Position numbers and translations under genes: made by a program. Below, piece by piece: positions 43,076 through 50,630 of a stretch of 64,000 nt of DNA. Each line of letters begins with the position of its first letter. Within the stretch, counting starts at the first letter, position 1. The notes under the pieces are model-generated. The model was not told the DNA's origin and ran no database searches. It was given only the letters and a program-made list of their open reading frames with translations. This DNA is from Bibersteinia trehalosi (GTDB lineage: Bacteria > Pseudomonadota > Gammaproteobacteria > Enterobacterales > Pasteurellaceae), in contig NZ_SMAM01000006.1 in the NCBI RefSeq assembly GCF_004346205.1, positions 38,839-102,838 of the forward strand, given 5' to 3'.

Positions 43076-43435
43076 ATGAAAAAAGCAACTTTAATGGCAC
43101 TAGCCGGTGCATTAACAATGGCAACAGCAAATGTAAATGCAGAAACTCATGCGACTGAGCATGTAATGGAAGCCAAAATGATGAAAACCAAAGCAGCCGA
43201 AGGGAAATGTGGTGAAGGAAAATGTGGCGCGACAAGTGAAGCCAAAGCCGCTGAAGGTAAGTGTGGTGAAGGTAAGTGTGGCGCAACAAACAGTATGAAG
43301 GCAGCCGAAGGAAAATGTGGCGAAGGCAAATGTGGAGCGACAGTAGCTGACAGTAATAAAAAAGCCATGAAACCTGCAGCACCAAAAGCGGCAGAGGGAA
43401 AATGTGGCGAAGGTAAGTGTGGCGCCAGTAAGTAA
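43076..43435 (+). CDS. hvfA: secreted EGKCG-repeat precursor protein (HvfA-like oxazolone/thioamide RiPP metal-binding protein)
   Basis: Signal peptide (…ANVNA|ETH); four copies of AAEGKCGEGKCGA giving 8 EGKCG motifs; followed by DUF692 and DUF2063 genes. Confidence 0.75.
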   Translation: MKKATLMALAGALTMATANVNAETHATEHVMEAKMMKTKAAEGKCGEGKCGATSEAKAAEGKCGEGKCGATNSMKAAEGKCGEGKCGATVADSNKKAMKPAAPKAAEGKCGEGKCGASK

Positions 43436-43449
43436 TCTTTAAGTCCCAA

Positions 43450-43480
43450 CCCCCTCTTTTTCAAAGAGGGGGTAAATTTT
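43450..43480 (+). terminator. strong GC-rich hairpin (attenuator/partial terminator) after the precursor gene
   Basis: Perfect 10-bp stem CCCCCTCTTT-ttc-AAAGAGGGGG with only a weak U-run (TAAATTTT). Confidence 0.5.
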
Positions 43481-43612
43481 CAAAGGAGACATCATGTTCG
43501 CCATTTTTTATCAGAAGGTAGTTTACTTCTTATTGAAAAAAGTGGGGATAGTGAGGTGGTTTACAAGCGGTCAAAATCTTTCTATTTTTTGCAAATTATT
43601 AAAGGAACAATA

Positions 43613-44515
43613 ATGCTGAAATTTCAAGGTGCAGGTTTGGGCTATCGCCGTGATTTAGCGGATGGTTTTTTAAATTTAACAGATAATAGTGTTATCAATT
43701 TTATGGAGGTCGCGCCGGAAAACTGGCTCAAAATGGGTGGTCAGGCGCGTTATAACTTTGATAAAGTCGCGGAGAAAATTCCTTTGGTTATTCACGGGTT
43801 ATCGCTCTCTTTAGGTGGGCAAGCACCATTGGATATGACATTGCTCAAAGGAATTAAAACCATGCAACAGCAGTATAATTCCTTCTTTTTTTCCGATCAT
43901 TTAAGTTACTGCGAATGCGAAGGACATTTGTATGACCTATTGCCAATGCCATTTACTGATGAAGCTGTACATCATGTGGCAAATCGTATTAAGCAAGTGC
44001 AAGATTATCTTGGTATGCGGATTTCGCTAGAAAACACCTCCTATTATCTCCATTCACCGACAAGTACGATGAACGAAGTGGAATTTCTTAATGCCATTGC
44101 ACAGGAAGCCGATTGTGGTATCCATTTGGACGTGAATAATATTTATGTGAATGGGGTTAATCACGGCCTATTAGATCCCTTTGTGTTTGTAGATAAAGTG
44201 GATAAAAAGCGGGTGGACTATATTCATATCGCTGGGCACGATGAAGAACATGGTGCGGCAGAGGCCGTGAGAATGACAGAGGGCGAGTCATTTAATAAGG
44301 TGAAAGGTGAGCTGCGTCATCTGCCGACTTTGCTGGTGGATACACACGGCGAAACGGTGCAGAAAAGCGTATGGGATTTATTAGCATACACTTATGAGTG
44401 TTTACCGCATATTCCACCGACATTATTGGAACGAGATTTCAATTTTCCGCCATTTCAAGAATTGCTTGGGGAAGTTCAGCATATTGCGGCGTTGCAGCAG
44501 AAATATGCCAAGTAG
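43613..44515 (+). CDS. hvfB: DUF692-family multinuclear non-haem iron enzyme (MbnB/HvfB-like)
   Basis: TIM-barrel DUF692 signature; start set at [13 protein letters not shown] preceded by AAAGGAACAATA (track start 43556 is GTG). Confidence 0.8.
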   Translation: MLKFQGAGLGYRRDLADGFLNLTDNSVINFMEVAPENWLKMGGQARYNFDKVAEKIPLVIHGLSLSLGGQAPLDMTLLKGIKTMQQQYNSFFFSDHLSYCECEGHLYDLLPMPFTDEAVHHVANRIKQVQDYLGMRISLENTSYYLHSPTSTMNEVEFLNAIAQEADCGIHLDVNNIYVNGVNHGLLDPFVFVDKVDKKRVDYIHIAGHDEEHGAAEAVRMTEGESFNKVKGELRHLPTLLVDTHGETVQKSVWDLLAYTYECLPHIPPTLLERDFNFPPFQELLGEVQHIAALQQKYAK

Positions 44516-44524
44516 GAGTGAGTT

Positions 44525-45235
44525 ATGTTACAGAAATCATTAAAAGAAACTCAAACAGAATTTGCCAATGCGATTCGGTATAATGATGCTAGCTTAATGA
44601 GTGGTAATATTTCGCCGCAACGTTTGGGAGTGTATGCACGTTTAGTTCGGAATAATACACTGGGTTTTATTGATCGCTGCTATGTGGAATTAGCAAAGCA
44701 TTTAAGTGCCGAAGATTGGTGGGCAATCAAAGAGAAATTTGTGCGTGAAGGTAAAGCACACTCGCCTTTTTTCCAAGATATTGCCGCTGAATTCTTAGTA
44801 TTTTGTCGAGAAACGCAGTGTGTTGAGCCGCATTTGTTAGCCCTCATGGATTTTGAAAACGCCCAACTTGCCGTAGAAGTCGCGATGGCTAATGTGCCTG
44901 CCGAATTCGAATGGGATAACGATACTATTATGCAATTTTCCAGTGCGGCAGAGTTGCGCCAGTACGGGGTAAATTTTCTGCATAGTGGTTTTCAACAATT
45001 TGAAAAAGCACCGACTTATGTGCTGATCTGGCGAGATAGCGAATTTGGCATTTACTACCAAACTTTAGAAGAATTGGATTTCTTTCTTTTGACCTCTTTA
45101 CAAGAAAAGGCAAACTCTCTAAATGGATTACTGGATGAATTAAGTGCATTTACTGAGCAAAATCCTGCCTTAAAAATGGTTTTAAGGCAGATTTGGCAAA
45201 AATGGGTAAATGCGGAGGTAGTTTACCCGTGTTGA
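44525..45235 (+). CDS. hvfC: DUF2063-family partner protein (MbnC/HvfC-like)
   Basis: 236 aa; immediately downstream of the DUF692 gene; DUF2063 family N-terminus. Confidence 0.7.
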   Translation: MLQKSLKETQTEFANAIRYNDASLMSGNISPQRLGVYARLVRNNTLGFIDRCYVELAKHLSAEDWWAIKEKFVREGKAHSPFFQDIAAEFLVFCRETQCVEPHLLALMDFENAQLAVEVAMANVPAEFEWDNDTIMQFSSAAELRQYGVNFLHSGFQQFEKAPTYVLIWRDSEFGIYYQTLEELDFFLLTSLQEKANSLNGLLDELSAFTEQNPALKMVLRQIWQKWVNAEVVYPC

Positions 45236-45288
45236 TTTGTTACTTTTTTTGCACAGGCAAAGAAAAGTAAAAGAATAGAGAGAGAATA

Positions 45289-45855
45289 ATGAAAACAATT
45301 CCCCAATCCCAATTAGAAACAATCCGTTTGCAAATGGTGAAATTTGCTACACTTCATCTTAAGAATAGTGAATTAGCCGAAGATGCTGTACAAGAAGCCT
45401 TTGTTAGTGCTTATAAATATGCAGATTCATTTAAAGGACAAGCAGCATTAAAAACATGGATTTTTGCTATTTTGAAAAATAAAATCATTGATGTACTACG
45501 ACGTAAAAATAGAGAAATCATTGTGTCAGAATTACTTGAAGAGGATGATAATGATCTCAGCGAAAAACTTTTCCGCTCTGATGGGGAATGGAATGATGAT
45601 CTTTATCATTCGAGTGAATGGCGGCAGTGTGATTCGCGAGTTTATTCCAAGCAATTTTGGCAAGTGTTTGAATCTTGTTTGAGTAATCTGCCGACCATGC
45701 AAGCGCGAGTATTTATGATGCGTAGCCATTTAGAGATGGATACTGCAGAAATTTGCCAAGCGTGTGAAATATCAAGCGCTAATGTGCATACCTTACTTTA
45801 TCGTGCTAGATTACAACTGCAAGTCTGCTTAACCCAGAAATGGTTTGGAGAATAA
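45289..45855 (+). CDS. ECF-type RNA polymerase sigma-70 factor
   Basis: 188 aa; sigma-70 region 2 and region 4 motifs (NANVHTLLYRARLQLQ). Confidence 0.85.
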   Translation: MKTIPQSQLETIRLQMVKFATLHLKNSELAEDAVQEAFVSAYKYADSFKGQAALKTWIFAILKNKIIDVLRRKNREIIVSELLEEDDNDLSEKLFRSDGEWNDDLYHSSEWRQCDSRVYSKQFWQVFESCLSNLPTMQARVFMMRSHLEMDTAEICQACEISSANVHTLLYRARLQLQVCLTQKWFGE

Positions 45856-45856
45856 C

Positions 45857-46042
45857 ATGTTAAATTGTAAAGAAGCTACTCAGCTATTATCGCTGCGCTG
45901 TGAACAAAAATTGCGTTTTAAACAGCAATTGCAACTTAAAGTTCACTTAATGGTGTGTGGTAGATGTAGAGGCTTCGCGAAAAATAATCAATTACTTGAT
46001 CAGATGATGAAAGAGTTCGCTGAACATAACTCGAAAGAGTAA
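45857..46042 (+). CDS. zf-HC2 (ChrR/RsrA-type) anti-sigma factor, soluble
   Basis: 61 aa from ATG at 45857 (track uses a TTG at 45845); HxxxCxxC motif (HLMVCGRC); overlaps the sigma gene stop. Confidence 0.65.
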   Translation: MLNCKEATQLLSLRCEQKLRFKQQLQLKVHLMVCGRCRGFAKNNQLLDQMMKEFAEHNSKE

Positions 46043-46068
46043 AATAGCGCTAAATAAAGTAAAATAAA

Positions 46069-46110
46069 GGGTTAGACTGATTTTAGGTCTAACCCTTTGA
46101 TTTTTGTGAT
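46069..46110 (+). terminator. rho-independent terminator after sigma/anti-sigma pair
   Basis: GGGTTAGAC-loop-GGTCTAACCC followed by TTTGATTTTTGTGATTTTTTT. Confidence 0.65.
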
Positions 46111-46177
46111 TTTTTTATAAAATTCACCCGCTTGTTTATTTTGCTAAATCTGCTAAAAATGTGATCTAGATTACAAA

Positions 46178-46225
46178 ACTAAAACGTTTTAGCAAAATTC
46201 CCTTTCTTTACTAAAACGTTTTAGC
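46178..46225. promoter_or_regulatory. two identical 14-bp perfect palindromes (CTAAAACGTTTTAG) upstream of the PTS gene; LacI/GalR-type operator candidates
   Basis: Copies at 46179-46192 and 46211-46224; the second abuts a TAGAAT -10-like hexamer at 46226-46231. Confidence 0.5.
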
Positions 46226-46277
46226 TAGAATGCAATCGGTTACTTTTTAACTTTCTACGAGTATTATAGGTGAACTT

Positions 46278-47699
46278 ATGAACTTTCCTCAAATCGCTCA
46301 ACAAGTGATTGAAAAACTTGGGGGCAAAGAAAACATCACAACGCTTGCACACTGCGCCACTCGCTTACGTCTAACACTTGCCGATGAAAGCAAAGTAGAT
46401 AAAGAAGCAATTGAAAATATTGACGGTGTGAAAGGCCAATTCTCAACATCTGGTCAATACCAAATTATTTTTGGTTCCGGAACAGTCAATAAAGTCCATG
46501 CCGAAATGCAAAAACAGATGGGCATTGGCGATATGAGTACTTCTGAAGTTGCCGCAGCGGGTGCTGCAAATCAGCCATTATTACAACGCTTAGTGAAAGG
46601 CCTTGCCGATATTTTCGTACCGATTATCCCTGCTATTGTGGCGGGCGGTCTTTTAATGGGTATTCACTCAATGCTGACGGCAAACGGTTTCTTCTGGGAA
46701 GGCGAATCGGTCGTGAGCCGTTATCCAAATATTGCGGATCTTGTTGATTTCATCAATACTATTGCAAATGCGCCATTCGTGTTCTTGCCAGTATTACTAG
46801 GTTTCTCTGCAACGCGTAAATTTGGTGGTAACCCATTCTTAGGGGCTGCGCTCGGTATGTTGTTAGTTCACCCTGCATTAGCTGATGGTTGGAACTATGC
46901 CTTAACACTCGCCAAAGGTGAAATCAAATATTGGAATGTTTTAGGTTTAGAAATTGAACGTGTGGGTTATCAAGGTACTGTTATTCCAACGTTAGTATCT
47001 GCTTGGGTATTAGCGACACTTGAGAAAACTTTCCGTAAATTTGTGCCAAGTTATTTAGATAACCTTGTTACACCAATGTTCTCACTCTTCATTGCTGGGG
47101 TATTAGCCTTTACCGTGATTGGTCCATTAGGACGTGAAGCAGGTGATCTTATTACACAAGGTCTAACTTGGTTATATGATACCTTAGGCTTTATTGGCGG
47201 TGGTGTATTTGGTACGTTCTATGCACCAATTGTTATCACAGGTATGCATCAAACCTTTATTGCCGTTGAAACGCAGTTACTTTCTAATATGGCATTATCA
47301 GGTGGTACATTTATCTTCCCTATTGCTGCAATGTCTAATATTGCACAGGGTGCAGCGTGTTTAGGCGTGGCGTTTGCATTAAAAGATGCGAAAGTTCGCG
47401 GTTTAGCTGTACCATCTGGGATTTCTGCGCTATTAGGTATTACAGAACCTGCCATGTTCGGGGTAAACTTACGTTATCGTCAAGCATTCATTGCTGCAAT
47501 GATTGGCTCAGGTTTATCTAGTGCATTTATTGCCTTCTTTAATGTAAAAGCGCAAGCATTGGGTGCTGCTGGTTTCTTAGGTGTACCATCAATTAAACCA
47601 GATAGCCTTGCTATGTATTCAATTGGTATGGCTATTTCATTTATTGTTGCATTTAGCTTATCTGTGATTATGGTTAAACGTGCAAATGCAAAAGCGTAA
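46278..47699 (+). CDS. PTS sugar transporter subunit EIIBC (glucose/sucrose-trehalose superfamily)
   Basis: 473 aa; N-terminal EIIB domain with phospho-Cys motif (HCATRLRL) followed by EIIC membrane domain. Confidence 0.85.
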   Translation: MNFPQIAQQVIEKLGGKENITTLAHCATRLRLTLADESKVDKEAIENIDGVKGQFSTSGQYQIIFGSGTVNKVHAEMQKQMGIGDMSTSEVAAAGAANQPLLQRLVKGLADIFVPIIPAIVAGGLLMGIHSMLTANGFFWEGESVVSRYPNIADLVDFINTIANAPFVFLPVLLGFSATRKFGGNPFLGAALGMLLVHPALADGWNYALTLAKGEIKYWNVLGLEIERVGYQGTVIPTLVSAWVLATLEKTFRKFVPSYLDNLVTPMFSLFIAGVLAFTVIGPLGREAGDLITQGLTWLYDTLGFIGGGVFGTFYAPIVITGMHQTFIAVETQLLSNMALSGGTFIFPIAAMSNIAQGAACLGVAFALKDAKVRGLAVPSGISALLGITEPAMFGVNLRYRQAFIAAMIGSGLSSAFIAFFNVKAQALGAAGFLGVPSIKPDSLAMYSIGMAISFIVAFSLSVIMVKRANAKA

Positions 47700-47716
47700 T
47701 TTTGTAAAATTCATCT

Positions 47717-47746
47717 AAAAAGTCCCCTCTGGGGGCTTTTTTATTT
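47717..47746 (+). terminator. rho-independent terminator after PTS gene
   Basis: AGTCCCC-TCT-GGGGGCT followed by TTTTTATTTTT. Confidence 0.6.
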
Positions 47747-47786
47747 TTAGGCTATAATTCCGTAAATTTTGATAAAGGATAATAGT

Positions 47787-48557
47787 ATGAGCGAGCAGAT
47801 TATTCGTCAGGTGGTACTAGATACAGAAACCACAGGAATGAACTTTGGTGGCGCACCGCATATTGGGCATAACATTATTGAGATTGGGGCTGTTGAAGTA
47901 ATTAATCGCCGTTTAACCGGACGAACTTTCCATGTTTATATCAAGCCACCTCGTTTGGTTGAAGAAGAAGCTATCCAAGTACACGGCATTACCAATGAAT
48001 TTTTACAAGATAAGCCCACGTTTGCTGAAATCGTGGATGAATTTGTTGCTTTCATCAAAGGAGCAGAATTGGTGATTCATAATGCACCCTTCGATGTTGG
48101 TTTTATGGATCATGAGTTTTCATTTTTACCAAACCCTCCACCAAAAACGGCGGAAATGTGTATTGTGACAGATAGTTTACAACTCGCACGCAAAATGTAT
48201 CCTGGTAAGAAAAATAATTTAGATGCATTGTGTAGTCGTTTAGGCATTGATAATAGTAAGCGTGTTTTGCACGGCGCGTTACTGGATGCGGAAATTCTTG
48301 CTGATGTTTTCCTCATGATGACAGGCGGACAGATAGCATTGCTTGGTGAGGATGAACAAGATCAGGCAGATAATGGACTATCTGCGATGGCTGAAGAACG
48401 TTATAGTGTGCTGGATAATACTGGACTTGTTACGTTGGCATTAGATGATGAAGAGTTAGCAGCGCATAATCAATATTTAGAGTTGCTGACGAAGAAATCG
48501 AAAGGAAATTGCTTATGGCTTACTCGAGTGGCAGAAGAGAGAGATGTGCAACATTAA
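47787..48557 (+). CDS. dnaQ: DNA polymerase III epsilon subunit (3'-5' proofreading exonuclease)
   Basis: Exo I motif VVLDTETTG; start at ATG after AAAGGA RBS; followed by tRNA-Asp as in E. coli. Confidence 0.9.
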   Translation: MSEQIIRQVVLDTETTGMNFGGAPHIGHNIIEIGAVEVINRRLTGRTFHVYIKPPRLVEEEAIQVHGITNEFLQDKPTFAEIVDEFVAFIKGAELVIHNAPFDVGFMDHEFSFLPNPPPKTAEMCIVTDSLQLARKMYPGKKNNLDALCSRLGIDNSKRVLHGALLDAEILADVFLMMTGGQIALLGEDEQDQADNGLSAMAEERYSVLDNTGLVTLALDDEELAAHNQYLELLTKKSKGNCLWLTRVAEERDVQH

Positions 48558-48622
48558 ATGCGAATAGCATAAAAAAGATTTGACGAACAGAGTATAAGTC
48601 TTTATTATTTATCGCGTTTCAC

Positions 48623-48699
48623 GGAGCGGTAGTTCAGCTGGTTAGAATACCTGCCTGTCACGCAGGGGGTCGCGGGTTCGAGTCCCGTCCGTTCCGCCA
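48623..48699 (+). tRNA. tRNA-Asp (GTC)
   Basis: 77 nt; cloverleaf folds by hand (acceptor GGAGCGG/CCGTTCC, anticodon loop CTGTCAC, T-arm GGTTCGAGTCC, CCA end). Confidence 0.9.
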
Positions 48700-48712
48700 A
48701 TTTATTTAATAC

Positions 48713-48750
48713 GAGCTAAAGCCTTCGATTATTCGAAGGCTTTTTCTTTT
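48713..48750. terminator. bidirectional terminator after tRNA-Asp / yigZ
   Basis: AAAGCCTTCGA-TTA-TTCGAAGGCTTT followed by TTCTTTTT. Confidence 0.6.
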
Positions 48751-49355
48751 TCTTGCTTTTCTAAAACTAATTTTGCTGCAAATCGTTGTGTTAATGTTTG
48801 CTGAAACTCTACTAGAATCGCGGGATTTATTGCTAATAGTAGCGTAATTTTATCGCTAAATTGCTGTTCAGCTACTTCAATGTCTTGTTCTGCAAGCAAA
48901 TGTTGTAAGCTATTAAATTGGTCATATTCGCATTGCAAGCGGTAGTTTTGACGTAAAACTTTGCGAACTTTTTCAACATTCAATAGCGCATGTTGTATGC
49001 CATTGCCATAGGCTTTAACCAAGCCGCCTGTACCTAGTAAAATCCCTCCGTAGTAGCGTACTACCACCGCACTAATTTCACCTAATCCAGACCCCAGTAA
49101 ATAATTAAGCATCGGCTTGCCTGCTGTACCGGAGGGTTCTCCATCATCGGAAAATCCATATTGCTGCCCATCGTTTGGTGCGCCAGCTACTGCAGCCCAA
49201 CAGTGGTGGCGGGCTTGCGGGTGTAATGCCTTAATTTCTGCCCAAAATGCTTTGGCTTCATATATGCCATTTGTGGGGCGAACATAGGTGATAAAACGGC
49301 TTTTTTTGATTTCTTCTTCAAAAATGACTTGTTGCTTTGGGATAAAGTATTCCAT
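48729..49355 (-). CDS. yigZ: IMPACT-family protein YigZ
   Basis: 208 aa; UPF0029/IMPACT N-domain motifs (GFSDDGEPSGTAG). Confidence 0.8.
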   Translation of the reverse strand: MEYFIPKQQVIFEEEIKKSRFITYVRPTNGIYEAKAFWAEIKALHPQARHHCWAAVAGAPNDGQQYGFSDDGEPSGTAGKPMLNYLLGSGLGEISAVVVRYYGGILLGTGGLVKAYGNGIQHALLNVEKVRKVLRQNYRLQCEYDQFNSLQHLLAEQDIEVAEQQFSDKITLLLAINPAILVEFQQTLTQRFAAKLVLEKQEKEKAFE

Positions 49356-49506
49356 CTTGTTTAGTATGTTAAATATCTGTGAACAAAATCATGTTTCTAT
49401 GATAAACCGTTTGCATAGCGCTGAAAAGTCGAGTATATCTATAGCGTTTTTTCCCAAAAAGTGGGAAACGCTATTTTATCTCTTCTAAAATATAAGGAGC
49501 ATTAAG

Positions 49507-50469
49507 ATGAAAAAATTGTTGAAACTCTCTTTAGTTGCAACCTTAGCTTCAACAGCATTGTCTGCTCAGGCAGACGAAAAATTCATTACCATCGGTACGG
49601 GTGGGCAAACAGGCGTTTATTATGTTGTTGGTCAATCAATTTGTCAGTTAGTGAATCGTGATACTCGAACCACCAATGTAAAATGTAATGCCCCTTCGAC
49701 AGGTGGATCTGTTGATAATTTAAATTCGATTGCAGCAGGCGAGCGTGATTTAGGTATTGCGCAATCAGATTGGCAATTCCACGCGTACAATGGTTCGAGC
49801 TCCTTTGATGGTAAGAAAAATGAAAAGTTACGTGCAGTATTTTCGATTCACCCAGAGCCATTCACCATCATGGCGCGTCAAGATGCGAATATCAATGGCT
49901 TTGATGATTTAAAAGCGAAACGGGTGAATGTTGGTGATCCTGGCTCGGGTACGCGTGCAACAATGAAGGTCATTTTAGATGCAAAAGGTTGGACTGAAAA
50001 AGAGTTCAAAGTCGCCTCAGAATTAAAAGCCTCAGAAATGGCATCGGCAATGTGTGATAACAATCTTGATGCGATTACCTATAACGTTGGTCACCCAAAT
50101 GGAGCATTAAAAGAAGCGGCAGCGTCTTGCGATGTAAAATTAGTGCCTGTAACGGGTGAGGCAATTGATAAATTAGTTGCAGAGAATCCATATTATGCTA
50201 AAGCGACTATTCCAGGTGGGTTATATAAAGGCGCAGATGAACCAACCGAGACTTTCGGGGTTTATGCGACCTTGGTGACTTCTAGCGATGTTGATTCAGA
50301 TAAAGTATATGCGGTGGTAAAAGCAGTATTCGATAATTTCGATCGCTTTAAACGTTTACACCCAGCATTTGAAAACTTAAAACAAGAAGAGATGATCAAA
50401 AATGCGATCTCTGTCCCTCTTCACGAAGGTGCAGCACGCTACTATAAAGAAAAAGGTTGGATTGAATAG
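49507..50469 (+). CDS. TRAP transporter solute receptor, TAXI family
   Basis: 320 aa; signal peptide; TAXI-family (immunogenic protein-like) similarity. Confidence 0.85.
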   Translation: MKKLLKLSLVATLASTALSAQADEKFITIGTGGQTGVYYVVGQSICQLVNRDTRTTNVKCNAPSTGGSVDNLNSIAAGERDLGIAQSDWQFHAYNGSSSFDGKKNEKLRAVFSIHPEPFTIMARQDANINGFDDLKAKRVNVGDPGSGTRATMKVILDAKGWTEKEFKVASELKASEMASAMCDNNLDAITYNVGHPNGALKEAAASCDVKLVPVTGEAIDKLVAENPYYAKATIPGGLYKGADEPTETFGVYATLVTSSDVDSDKVYAVVKAVFDNFDRFKRLHPAFENLKQEEMIKNAISVPLHEGAARYYKEKGWIE

Positions 50470-50502
50470 TCTTTTCTAAGTTCTCGAGCATTAGCTCACC
50501 TA

Positions 50503-50528
50503 TAGGAACAGCTTAATCGCTGTTCCTA
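50503..50528 (+). other. intercistronic stem-loop between TAXI receptor and permease genes
   Basis: TAGGAACAGC-ttaatc-GCTGTTCCTA, perfect 10-bp stem, no U-run. Confidence 0.45.
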
Positions 50529-50630
50529 GATCTCTCGTTTCATTTCTTACAAGCGGTTTAAAACAGATGATTTTTTGCAAAATATAGGCAAAAACGATCC
50601 GCTTGTTTTTCTCATTTTTAGGAAAGTGTT

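Noticed and set aside
43074-43464. Two minus-strand ORFs (103 and 105 aa, repeated PHLPSPHFPSAAF) antisense to the EGKCG-repeat gene
   Set aside because: They are mirror-frame artefacts of the 39-bp coding repeats of the plus-strand precursor. They have no RBS and their repeat structure merely mirrors the real gene.
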